Source of the DNA: Patescibacteria group bacterium
GTDB taxonomy: Bacteria > Patescibacteriota > Microgenomatia > UBA12405
Direction of reading: 5' to 3'
NCBI GenBank assembly: GCA_023380755.1
Contig: JAMCSD010000003.1
Coordinates: 9,341 to 73,340 of the forward strand
DNA length: 64,000 bases
Positions within the stretch are counted from its first letter, which is position 1. Each line of letters opens with the position of its first letter. Position numbers and translations under genes: made by a program. Positions 35,105 through 44,181 of the stretch are shown here, piece by piece. The notes under the pieces were generated by a model, which worked only from the letters and a program-made list of their open reading frames with translations, ran no database searches and was not told the DNA's origin.

Positions 35105-36391
35105 TTAAAGACGGCCGATTTTCATTAATTCCTTGCGGTAACTATTGGCAAAACGGTGGGCTTCATCCCGCAGCTGCTGCAGTAATTTTAAGGAGTTGGA
35201 GTCTTTGGGTAAGTTGATTTCGACCCAGTCCGAACTATTTTTAATAACAATGGTTTCTTCTTTCTTGGCCAGGCCGACGACGCCAATGCGGTTAAGAGGA
35301 GATTCCGGAAAAGCTTTCAGGATCTCGTAAACAGAGGAAACCTGCGGCTTGCCGCCATCCACAATAATCACTTGGGGATATTCCCAGTCGTAATGTTTTA
35401 GGCGGCGGAAAACGACTTCCCGAACCATAAACTGATCATCGGGAGTAATCTTGGTGCGAATCTTAAATTTGCGATATTCGGCTTTATCAAGACCGCTTCC
35501 CTGAAAGACTGTCATGGCGCCGACGAAAAATTTGGCCCCAAAGTTAGAGATGTCAAAACATTCCAGGCGGTATAAAGACCGTAAAAAAGGAAAATATGGT
35601 TGTAAGATAGTTACTAATCCATCAAGGGCACTACTGACCTTATCATCAGTAATGACAATATCTTGGTAGAGAGTATCTAAATGCTGCCAACCGGCAGTGA
35701 TATATTCCAAAGATCGGAGTTGGTCGCGAACCACGGCGGCTTTTTCATATTGTTCGGTGTGGGAATAATGCTTTAAGTCACGACTGAGATGGTTTTTAAG
35801 TTTAAGGAACTTACCGGAAAGGACCTCTTTTATGCGGCGGATATTATGGCGGTAGGTGCGGGTATTGGGATTGGGGCCAGGACACAGACCGAGATGGCAA
35901 TAAAGGCACCTGGTCGAGGGATGGTTGGGACGGGTATAAAATGGAAAAATTCGGCGTAAGGTCTTTAAAATATTGCGGACGGCGGAACCGTTAGGGAAAG
36001 GGCCATAATAAGTATCCTGGTCAGGGTTAAACTGGGAGCGCTTAGCGGCAAAGATATAAGGCAGCTTATCTGAAGAAATTACGATGTAAGTGTAACTTTT
36101 ATCATCCTTAAGCTGGGAATTATATTTAGGCAAAAACTTTTTAATTAAACTGGCTTCAAGAACCAAGGCCTCAATTTCCGAACCAACGGTTTTAAAGTTG
36201 ATGTCAGCAATTTCGGAGACCAAAGAGGTGGTTTTGGGGCCAAGAGCATCGTCGCGCTGAAAATACTGAGAGACACGGCGTTTAAGGTCGATTGCTTTGC
36301 CGACGTAAATAATCGTCCCGGCCGAGTTTTTATAAATATAAACTCCCGGGGTGTGCGGTAGGGAAGCGACGATTTTAGCTAAGGAATTCAC
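35105..36391 (-). CDS. uvrC: excinuclease ABC subunit C, short form lacking the C-terminal (HhH)2 domain
   Basis: GIY-YIG domain (GVYIYKNSAGTIIYVGKAIDLKRRVSQY), UVR motif (EQYEKAAVVRDQLRSLE) and the endonuclease region (ECFDISN, IIVDGGKPQ) are present. The start is GTG. At 428 aa it is shorter than the roughly 600 aa that is usual. Confidence 0.8.
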   Translation of the reverse strand: MNSLAKIVASLPHTPGVYIYKNSAGTIIYVGKAIDLKRRVSQYFQRDDALGPKTTSLVSEIADINFKTVGSEIEALVLEASLIKKFLPKYNSQLKDDKSYTYIVISSDKLPYIFAAKRSQFNPDQDTYYGPFPNGSAVRNILKTLRRIFPFYTRPNHPSTRCLYCHLGLCPGPNPNTRTYRHNIRRIKEVLSGKFLKLKNHLSRDLKHYSHTEQYEKAAVVRDQLRSLEYITAGWQHLDTLYQDIVITDDKVSSALDGLVTILQPYFPFLRSLYRLECFDISNFGAKFFVGAMTVFQGSGLDKAEYRKFKIRTKITPDDQFMVREVVFRRLKHYDWEYPQVIIVDGGKPQVSSVYEILKAFPESPLNRIGVVGLAKKEETIVIKNSSDWVEINLPKDSNSLKLLQQLRDEAHRFANSYRKELMKIGRL

Positions 36392-36422
36392 GATCTATTT
36401 TAACTGATAAGATTTAGTTACA

Positions 36423-39128
36423 TCAGGAAGTAAAGCTTTTCTTGAGATATTGTCCGGTGTAGCTGCGGGGGCATTTGATAATATCTTCGACCGTGCCGGT
36501 ACCAACCACAAAACCGCCTTTTTCTCCACCTTCGGGGCCCATATCGATGATCCAATCAGCATTTTTAATAACATCCAGGTTATGTTCAATGACCACGACC
36601 GTATTACCTTTATCGACCAACTGGCGCAAAACCTTTATCAACTTATCGACATCGTAAAAGTGTAATCCAGTCGTCGGCTCGTCTAAAACGTACAGGGTAT
36701 GACCTTCGGAACGCTTAACCAGTTCCCGGCTAATTTTTAACCGTTGGGATTCACCACCGGAAAGTGTGTTGGAGGGTTGGCCCAGCTCCAGATAGCCTAA
36801 ACCGACTTCTTGAATGGTTTCCAGCTTTTTACGGATCGAGGTAATATTTTTAAAGAACTCATGGGCCTCATCGACGGTCAATTTAAGAATTTCAGCCACA
36901 TTTTTACCTTTATATTCCACCTCCAGAGTTTCGTCTTTAAAGCGGGTACCATGACATTCGTCGCAGGTGACATATATATCGGGTAGGAACTGCATTTCAA
37001 TCTTGATTTGCCCTTGGCCTTGGCAAACCTCACAACGGCCGCCTTTGGTATTAAAGGAGAAACGGCTATTAGTGTAGCCGCGGATGGCTGATTCGGTCGT
37101 TTCGGCCATCAGCTCACGAATGTTATCAAAGACCTTGGTATAGGTGGCGGGGTTACTGCGGGGAGTCCGGCCAATCGGCGATTGGTCAACCAGTAAGACT
37201 TCAGTCAGATTATCAATACCCTTCAATTTATCGAATTGGCCAATAGTGCCTTGATAGCTCTCGTCAAAATGCTTCTTGACTCCAGCATAAAGTGTGTCGT
37301 GAATGAGGGTGGATTTACCGGAACCGGAGACGCCAGTCACCACAATTAACTTGTTTAAAGGAAAATCAACATTGATATTTTTAAGATTCCACTGGTGGCA
37401 GTTTTCCACGGTGATCTTATTATCGTTGACAATCTTCTTGGGCCGGGATTCCGACTCATAAATAAGCTCGCTACCCAGAGATGGAGCGGAAACCTGCATT
37501 TTACCGGACAAATATTTGCCGGTTAAGGAATTCTTATCAGCTTTTAGGTCGGCTAAGCTCCCCTGGGCAACGATTTCCCCACCATTTTTGCCGGCGAGGG
37601 GCCCGAAGTCGACAATTTCGTCAGCGTTCCTGATGACATCCTCGTCATGCTCAACCACAATCACGGTATTACCCAGATCTTTCAATTTCTTGAGAGTGGC
37701 AATTAAGCGATCGTTATCCCGCGAATGGAGACCGATGGTGGGCTCGTCTAGGATATAGAGGACTCCGGTTAAGCCGGTGCCGATTTGGGAGGCTAAACGG
37801 ATCCGTTGCGACTCACCACTGGAAAGGGTGCCGGCTTCGCGTTCGAGAGTTAAATAATCCAAACCTACGGCCAGCAAAAATTCGAGGCGGGCGGAAATCT
37901 CTTTGTTGATGGGGACCACAATTTCCTTTTCTTTATCACTTTCCAGTACCTGGTTTAAAGATTGAACCCACTCGTTTAGATGGTCAATTGAGAGCCGACT
38001 GACTTCATAAATATTTTTACCAGTAATATGGACCGAGAGAGCTTCGGGGTTGAGCCGCGAACCGTGGCAGACTTCACAATTTTCTTTGATCATCAGCTTT
38101 TCGATTTCTTCCCGGACAGAATCATTGGGGGCATTAAAAAAACGCGATTCCAGGTAGCGAGCTTTCCATTCCGGGACTTGATTGCGGTCAACCTGGAACT
38201 TGGTACCTAAACCTTTACATTCCGGGCAGGCACCCTGGGGAGAATTAAAGGAAAAGAGGCGCGGTTCGATAGCCGGTAGAGAAATATTACATACCGGACA
38301 AGCATAGTTTTCCGAGTAAAGGGTATCAAAAATATTGGCCGGATGATCGGGAAACTCAAATGATGGGTCATCAATTTCGCCAATTATTACTAGGCCATTA
38401 CTCATTTTCATGGCGACTTCCACATCGTCGATTAAACGGTTATAAGCGTTATCCCGCTGCTTAAGGTTATCTTTGGTTAAAGAAACCCGGTCAATTACCG
38501 CGTCGATGTTGTGTTTATTAGTTTTGACAATGCCGAAATCAGAATAAAGATCAATTAATTTATTATCAACCCGCAGCCATTTATAACCTTGGCGGCGGAT
38601 ATTTTCAGTCAGTCCGCGAAAATCCCCGGCCCGGTCCCGAATCAGCGGGGCGAAGACAAAAAAGCGGTAAGGAGCGACAGCACCGACTTCCTTAACAGCC
38701 CGTTCCAATATCTGGTTAACAATTTGCTTACTGGTTTGAGGAATGACCTCGCGGCCGCAGTTGGGACAATGGGGGTGGCCGATACGGGCAAAAAGCAGCC
38801 GCAAATAATCGTAAATTTCGGTGACAGTCCCAACAGTGGAACGCGGGTTGTGGGAAATGGCTTTTTGATTTATAGCAATGGAGGGCGATAAGCCTTCGAT
38901 CAGGTCAACGTCCGGGCGTTTCATATTGCCTAAAAACTGGCGGGCATAGGAAGACAAGCTTTCGACATAGCGTCGCTGCCCTTCAGCAAAGAGGGTGTCA
39001 AAAGCCATGCTCGATTTACCGGAGCCGGAGACACCGGTAAAAACGATGAACTTATTTTTGGGAATAGAAAAAGAGATGTCCTTAAGATTGTTTTCCCGGG
39101 CACCCTTTACAATTATTTGGTCAACCAT
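36423..39128 (-). CDS. uvrA: excinuclease ABC subunit A
   Basis: Two ABC modules (GVSGSGKSS twice; LSGGESQR twice) and zinc modules (CPNCG, CPVC...CPEC, CEVC...CDEC) are present. I chose the ATG at 39128 ([17 protein letters not shown]) as the start because it matches the canonical UvrA N-terminus. The track start at 39152 is a GTG. Confidence 0.9.
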   Translation of the reverse strand: MVDQIIVKGARENNLKDISFSIPKNKFIVFTGVSGSGKSSMAFDTLFAEGQRRYVESLSSYARQFLGNMKRPDVDLIEGLSPSIAINQKAISHNPRSTVGTVTEIYDYLRLLFARIGHPHCPNCGREVIPQTSKQIVNQILERAVKEVGAVAPYRFFVFAPLIRDRAGDFRGLTENIRRQGYKWLRVDNKLIDLYSDFGIVKTNKHNIDAVIDRVSLTKDNLKQRDNAYNRLIDDVEVAMKMSNGLVIIGEIDDPSFEFPDHPANIFDTLYSENYACPVCNISLPAIEPRLFSFNSPQGACPECKGLGTKFQVDRNQVPEWKARYLESRFFNAPNDSVREEIEKLMIKENCEVCHGSRLNPEALSVHITGKNIYEVSRLSIDHLNEWVQSLNQVLESDKEKEIVVPINKEISARLEFLLAVGLDYLTLEREAGTLSSGESQRIRLASQIGTGLTGVLYILDEPTIGLHSRDNDRLIATLKKLKDLGNTVIVVEHDEDVIRNADEIVDFGPLAGKNGGEIVAQGSLADLKADKNSLTGKYLSGKMQVSAPSLGSELIYESESRPKKIVNDNKITVENCHQWNLKNINVDFPLNKLIVVTGVSGSGKSTLIHDTLYAGVKKHFDESYQGTIGQFDKLKGIDNLTEVLLVDQSPIGRTPRSNPATYTKVFDNIRELMAETTESAIRGYTNSRFSFNTKGGRCEVCQGQGQIKIEMQFLPDIYVTCDECHGTRFKDETLEVEYKGKNVAEILKLTVDEAHEFFKNITSIRKKLETIQEVGLGYLELGQPSNTLSGGESQRLKISRELVKRSEGHTLYVLDEPTTGLHFYDVDKLIKVLRQLVDKGNTVVVIEHNLDVIKNADWIIDMGPEGGEKGGFVVGTGTVEDIIKCPRSYTGQYLKKSFTS

Positions 39129-39158
39129 AGCACCGTTAAACGACCCCGCCACGGGGGC

Positions 39159-39193
39159 CTTTATAGTGATTTATAAAGTAATTTATTATAGCA
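39159..39193 (-). promoter_or_regulatory. extended -10 promoter plus perfect inverted repeat (candidate operator) upstream of uvrA
   Basis: The minus strand reads TGC-TATAAT (complement of 39185-39193). Starting about 7 nt downstream is CTTTATA-N6-TATAAAG (39159-39178), a 7-bp perfect inverted repeat. This gene has a leader of about 50 nt, unlike most others here. Confidence 0.4.
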
Positions 39194-39228
39194 GACTTTC
39201 GGATTTGTTTCGGGTGTTAGTTTAGGAC

Positions 39229-41229
39229 TTAAAGACTCTCAATTTCCTTTATTTTATCGCGTAATTTGATAGCTTCTTCGAAATTCATGGATTCGGCGAG
39301 TGAACGCATTTCCCGGCGGAGCTTGGAAACATGGGCTTTGCGCTGGGGCGGGGTGAGCGATAAGGGGTCGATTTCCAATAAGGGCATTTCCGCTTTGGTC
39401 TCCACCGGCGCTTCGATTATCTTGGGGCGGATGGATTTGCTGATAGTCTGGGGGGTAATACCATGCTCCAAATTAAACTTTAGCTGAATTTCCCGGCGAC
39501 GGTTAACTTCGGTCATCGCCTCTCTCATGGCAGGCGAAATCTCGTCAGCGTAAAGGATAACTTCACCGGAAACATGTCGGGAAGCCCGGCCCATGATTTG
39601 AATTAAGGATGTCTTGGAGCGTAAGAAGCCTTGTTGACCGGCGTCGAGGATCGCAACGAGACTGACTTCCGGAAGATCGAGTCCTTCACGCAACAGATTG
39701 ATACCGACCAAAACATCGTAGTTACCATTACGCAAATTATCAAGAATGGTGGAGCGCTCCAGGGTATCGATATCAGCGTGCAGATAGGCAACCTTAAAGG
39801 GAACGCCGGTATTTAAAGGATTGGCTAAATATTCAGCTAATTCTTCGGCCATCCTCTTAGTTAAGGTAACGACTAAAACCCGTTCCTTTTTTTCAATACG
39901 CTTTTTTATTTCTTCGATTAAATCCGGGATTTGTTGAATAGTTGCTTTTACAATAATGGGGGGATCGACTAAGCCTGTGGGGCGAATTACCTGCTGCGCC
40001 ACCTCGCCACCAGATTCTTTGATCTCAAAATCATCGGGGGTCGCCGAGACAAAGATCACTTTACCGACACGATCATAAAATTCGGTAAACTTCAGCGGGC
40101 GGTTGTCGTAAGCCGCCGGCAGCCGGAAACCATAATCAACCAAAGTTTTTTTACGGGCCAGATCCCCCTGATACATACCCCGAATTTGGGGAACGGTAAC
40201 ATGGGATTCATCAATGACGGTGAGAAAATTATCCTCCCAAAGATGGCGGAAATAATCGACCAGGGTAAAAGGCGGTTCGCCGGGATGGCGATTCTGTTCA
40301 AAGTAGATGGAATAATTTTCAATGCCATTGACGTAACCCACCTCTTCCAGCATTTCCAAATCATAATTAACGCGCTGTTCAAGGCGATAGGCTTCGAGCA
40401 TTTTGCCTTGTTCCTTAAAGCGAGCTACGGAAATGGCACAATCATGCCTAATAAAGTCATAGATTTGTTTTTTATCCGGTCCGCCGCCGCTAACATATTG
40501 CTTGGCAGGAAAGAGAAGAAAACGATTCTCGACAAATTCCTTGCCAGTCATCGGGTTCCTTTCTAAGATTTTGGTAATTTTTTCATTTTCAATCTCCAAT
40601 ACCAACACCCAATCTTGATAAGCCGGCCATAATTCAATGGATTCACCACGGACCCGGAAAGTACCCCGCCTAAACTCCATGTCACTCCGGGTATAAAAGA
40701 GTTCCACCAATTTTTCCAAAAGAAGACGGCGGGGCCACAAATCGCCAACTTTAAATTCAACCGTTTTGCCACTAAATTCAACTGGATCGCCAATATTGTA
40801 AATACAGCTGACCGAAGCGACGACAATATTATCAGGACCCGAAAAAAGGTTAGACGTAGCTTCCAGCCGCAGCTTGTCAATGAGGTCGTTAATATCCACT
40901 TCTTTGGCAATATAGGTATCAGAAGAAGGAATATAGGCTTCGGGTTGGTAGTAATCGTAATAAGAAACAAAGTAGGAGACTTTATTGTTGGGAAAAAGTT
41001 CTTTAAATTCCTGATATAACTGCCCGGCCAAGGTTTTGTTATGAGAGATTACCAGGGTTGGCAGTTGGGTATTTTGGATAACGTTGGCAATGGTAAAGGT
41101 TTTACCGGACCCAGTGACACCCAAAAGTGTCTGCCGAGTTTTATCGGATTGAAGTCCGGCAGTAAGTTGGGCGATGGCTTGGGGCTGATCTCCCGACGGC
41201 AGAAAACTAGAATTAATTTGAAAACCCAT
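39229..41229 (-). CDS. uvrB: excinuclease ABC subunit B
   Basis: N-terminus FLPSGDQPQAIAQL, Walker A GVTGSGKTFTIANVI, helicase motifs and the C-terminal UVR motif (NFEEAIKLRDKIKEIE) are present. Confidence 0.9.
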   Translation of the reverse strand: MGFQINSSFLPSGDQPQAIAQLTAGLQSDKTRQTLLGVTGSGKTFTIANVIQNTQLPTLVISHNKTLAGQLYQEFKELFPNNKVSYFVSYYDYYQPEAYIPSSDTYIAKEVDINDLIDKLRLEATSNLFSGPDNIVVASVSCIYNIGDPVEFSGKTVEFKVGDLWPRRLLLEKLVELFYTRSDMEFRRGTFRVRGESIELWPAYQDWVLVLEIENEKITKILERNPMTGKEFVENRFLLFPAKQYVSGGGPDKKQIYDFIRHDCAISVARFKEQGKMLEAYRLEQRVNYDLEMLEEVGYVNGIENYSIYFEQNRHPGEPPFTLVDYFRHLWEDNFLTVIDESHVTVPQIRGMYQGDLARKKTLVDYGFRLPAAYDNRPLKFTEFYDRVGKVIFVSATPDDFEIKESGGEVAQQVIRPTGLVDPPIIVKATIQQIPDLIEEIKKRIEKKERVLVVTLTKRMAEELAEYLANPLNTGVPFKVAYLHADIDTLERSTILDNLRNGNYDVLVGINLLREGLDLPEVSLVAILDAGQQGFLRSKTSLIQIMGRASRHVSGEVILYADEISPAMREAMTEVNRRREIQLKFNLEHGITPQTISKSIRPKIIEAPVETKAEMPLLEIDPLSLTPPQRKAHVSKLRREMRSLAESMNFEEAIKLRDKIKEIESL

Positions 41230-41236
41230 AGGTCAA

Positions 41237-41767
41237 TTATAAACCAGACTTTGGGTTTGTTTCGGTCTTAATGATATCCAGAGTTCCAAATTCTTTAAAG
41301 GTATTAGTAGTTTCTTGAAAGTGATCGGCACGGACTAAGATAAGCGTCCGGCCAGCGATGATCAATTCCTGAAAATTATCAGATGTTTCAGGGTCAAAGC
41401 CCAAATCCCAAAAGGCCTGACTCAGGCTGCCATTCATATTAGGAGAAAAACTCTTGGTGGTCAGTAATTGATCGGCCAGCGGCCCGGACATAATTAGTTG
41501 GCCAACGCCGTTAAAGTCAAAGTGGATTAAGTGAGGGGCAACAACCGAAAAAGCGGCAGTAGCTCCACCGCTAAATGGCGGAGCGATATCTTCTGAGACA
41601 TCTTCGTTATTAGATAAAAAACTGATAGCTTCTTCATCATTGATTTCCCGGACAATAAACGATACTTCCTCGTTAATACGGCGCGATAAAAGCGCATGGT
41701 AGGCGTTGCTGGCTTGGACGAAGTCATCAAAAATACCGACGGAAAAAGGAATCATACTACTATTCAT
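41237..41767 (-). CDS. hypothetical protein (weak resemblance to YflT/general-stress-type domains)
   Basis: 176-aa acidic soluble ORF located 7 nt upstream of uvrB. I recognised no diagnostic motif. Confidence 0.5.
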   Translation of the reverse strand: MNSSMIPFSVGIFDDFVQASNAYHALLSRRINEEVSFIVREINDEEAISFLSNNEDVSEDIAPPFSGGATAAFSVVAPHLIHFDFNGVGQLIMSGPLADQLLTTKSFSPNMNGSLSQAFWDLGFDPETSDNFQELIIAGRTLILVRADHFQETTNTFKEFGTLDIIKTETNPKSGL

Positions 41768-41840
41768 TATATATTAGTTTAAAGGTAAAAAATACCGAGT
41801 AGTTAGCATAAATAGTAAATTCCCGTATATAATATATAGT

Positions 41841-42119
41841 ATGGGATCAGTAGATAGAGTAAATGGAATCTTTAAAGGAACAGTCGACCGGGTTATTCCT
41901 CGGATAGATATTGGTTTATGGATCGAAACCGCAGAAAGAGAAGGGGTGGAATGGGAAATAATACCGGCTGGTAGCTCGTACCGACTAACCAACGAACTAG
42001 GCGGCGGGGAAAGGCAAACACTAAAGGAGAGTGTGTTTGTGTGGCTTGATGAAAACCAGGATCCAGACTACTTTATTAGCCGAGTCGGCTGGACGAAAAA
42101 AAAAGGGAGGAGGCCCTAG
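41841..42119 (+). CDS. hypothetical protein, ORF terminated just after an A9 tract (possible frameshift site)
   Basis: 92-aa ORF. TATAAT (41828-41833) lies 7 nt upstream of the ATG. The -1 frame stays open from the A9 run (42096-42104) to a TGA at 42245-42247. Confidence 0.5.
   Translation: MGSVDRVNGIFKGTVDRVIPRIDIGLWIETAEREGVEWEIIPAGSSYRLTNELGGGERQTLKESVFVWLDENQDPDYFISRVGWTKKKGRRP
42096..42104 (+). other. A9 homopolymer / A-AAA-AAA slippery run
   Basis: ACG AAA AAA AAA GGG AGG AGG CCC TAG. After a -1 shift the reading continues ...KKK-REEALARKNDRLSETLKRIDRKLGNGHKPKKQVLDHEFVNGVSFFQK-stop. Confidence 0.5.
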
Positions 42120-42272
42120 CCCGGAAGAATGACCGGTTAAGTGAAACCCTGAAACGGATTGATCGAAAACTGGGCAATGGCCATAAACCGAAAAAGCAAG
42201 TTTTAGACCATGAATTTGTGAATGGAGTGAGCTTTTTTCAAAAATGATTTTGAAAATGTGCTAGATTAAAGT

Positions 42273-43805
42273 GTGCTGATGAAAGTAGCCTCAATGGCTT
42301 GTGTGGGGTTAGATCCAGTCGAGGTGGAGATCGAAGTTAATATCGCCGAAAAAGGCTTCCCCGGGTTGACGATTGTCGGATTGGCTGGTAAGGTGGCGGA
42401 AGAGTGCAAAGAACGGATTAAAACAGCTATCATCAACTCCGAGATTGAATTTCCGACAGCAAAAATTACCATTAATTTGGCACCCGCTGACCTGCCTAAA
42501 GAAGGATCCTATTATGATTTACCGATTGCAGTGGGAATTTTGGCGGCGATGGGCGAAATTACCCTACCGGTAGAAAAGACATTTTATTTTGGGGAATTAT
42601 CACTGGATGGATCGCTGCGACACAGCCGAGGAGTATTCTTGCTAGCCCTTCTCGCTAAAGAGAGTGGAGTAAAAACAATTTTCGTCCCCAGAGAATCAGC
42701 TAATGAAGCTTGTGTTGTTGAGGGAGTTAAAGTTTTCCCGATAGAAACTTTAACCGCTTTAATCCGACATTTAAGAGGCCAAAGAGAAGTGGTGGCTTTA
42801 AGGTTTATCGGTGATTTGGTAGCCAAAGACGGAATTGATCCGGAATTTGATTTTTCCGAAATCTATGGCCAGGAATCGGCCAAACGAGCTATTGAGATCG
42901 CCGCCGCCGGAGGCCATAATATTTTTTTATTGGGCAGCCCAGGCGCCGGCAAAACGATGCTGTCGCGGGCCATACCGGGAATTTTACCCCAGCTAACGGA
43001 TAAAGAGAGCCTCGAGGTAACAAAGATATTCTCCATAACCGGCAATATACCGCCGGGTGGGACACTGGTCCGGAGGCGCCCGTTCAGATTCCCCCACCAC
43101 ACGACTTCTCAGATCGGACTTATAGGCGGCGGCTCTAACCTGCGGCCGGGTGAGGTAACGATGGCCCATCGGGGAGTGCTTTTTTTGGATGAATTCCCCG
43201 AATTTTCCCGGGCGAGCCTAGAAGCCTTAAGGCAGCCGATGGAAGATGGTTATGTCAGCATTTCCCGAGCGGCGGGGTCGGTGATGTTTCCGGCACAATT
43301 TATGCTGGTGGCAGCAGCTAATCCTTGCCCCTGCGGTTACTTAGGTGATCCAAAACATACCTGCAGTTGTAATAGCCACCAAGTTGAAAAATACCAGAAG
43401 CGATTATCCGGCCCAATCATGGATCGGATCGATATGCATTTATATGTTCCCCCGGTAGATGTCACGAAGATAATGATTAATTCCGAAACAGTGAAACTAG
43501 CTGAAAGTTCAAAATCGATCCGCGAAAGAGTCATTCAAGCCAGGCTCAGGCAAGAAAAAAGGTTTGAGGGAACGAAGTTGGTGTGCAATGCTGATATGAA
43601 AAATCGTCATATTAAAAAGTTAGCTAACTTATCGGATTCTGCCAATAAGATCCTAAAGAAGGCAGTGGTGGCCTACGCCCTGTCGGCCCGTACTTATTTC
43701 CGGTTAATCAAGGTAGCCAGAACCATCGCTGATTTGGCAGAAAGTGAGGTCATTAACGATCAGCATATTGCCGAAGCCCTGCAATATCGGATCAAGACTG
43801 AATAA
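42273..43805 (+). CDS. comM: Mg-chelatase-like AAA+ ATPase YifB/ComM
   Basis: Lon-like N-terminal domain, Walker A GSPGAGKTM, Walker B VLFLDEFPEF and a C-terminal ChlI-type helical domain are present. Size is 510 aa. Confidence 0.85.
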   Translation: MLMKVASMACVGLDPVEVEIEVNIAEKGFPGLTIVGLAGKVAEECKERIKTAIINSEIEFPTAKITINLAPADLPKEGSYYDLPIAVGILAAMGEITLPVEKTFYFGELSLDGSLRHSRGVFLLALLAKESGVKTIFVPRESANEACVVEGVKVFPIETLTALIRHLRGQREVVALRFIGDLVAKDGIDPEFDFSEIYGQESAKRAIEIAAAGGHNIFLLGSPGAGKTMLSRAIPGILPQLTDKESLEVTKIFSITGNIPPGGTLVRRRPFRFPHHTTSQIGLIGGGSNLRPGEVTMAHRGVLFLDEFPEFSRASLEALRQPMEDGYVSISRAAGSVMFPAQFMLVAAANPCPCGYLGDPKHTCSCNSHQVEKYQKRLSGPIMDRIDMHLYVPPVDVTKIMINSETVKLAESSKSIRERVIQARLRQEKRFEGTKLVCNADMKNRHIKKLANLSDSANKILKKAVVAYALSARTYFRLIKVARTIADLAESEVINDQHIAEALQYRIKTE

Positions 43806-43806
43806 T

Positions 43807-44181
43807 ATGGATCCATCTTGGGGGAAAAAATTAAATTACCAAAAAGGCAAAGGCGGCGAAGAACAGGCACGTATTTTTTTAATGACTAAAGGTTATGATT
43901 TTCTGGAAATGAATTACCGAAATAATGTCGGGGAAATTGATCTAATAATGACTCAGGGGCAGTGTTTAGTATTTGTGGAAGTAAAGATGAAAACCAATGA
44001 CCAGTTTGGCAGTGCGGAAGAAATGATCACTAAGGTTAAGATCAGCCAGGTCCGCCGGGTGGCTGAAATTTACCTGTTAGCTAATCCGAAGATAAAAAGA
44101 CAATTTTCCCAATACCGAATCGACGCCGTTTGTGTTAATGGAGAAAACATTAATCATTATCCTAATATTGGCAGTGATTAA
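43807..44181 (+). CDS. yraN: YraN-family (UPF0102) PD-(D/E)xK endonuclease-like protein
   Basis: GEEQARIFLMTKGYDFLEMNYRNNVGEIDLIM...LVFVEVK is the family signature. I placed the start at the ATG at 43807, 1 nt after the comM stop. The track start at 43744 overlaps comM. Confidence 0.8.
   Translation: MDPSWGKKLNYQKGKGGEEQARIFLMTKGYDFLEMNYRNNVGEIDLIMTQGQCLVFVEVKMKTNDQFGSAEEMITKVKISQVRRVAEIYLLANPKIKRQFSQYRIDAVCVNGENINHYPNIGSD

Noticed and set aside
36395-36589. 64-aa ORF between uvrA and uvrC
   Set aside because: It lies almost entirely inside the well-supported UvrA C-terminus in another frame, so it is a shadow ORF.
43744-43806. 21-codon extension of YraN overlapping comM
   Set aside because: The family-typical N-terminus starts at the ATG at 43807, 1 nt after the comM stop.
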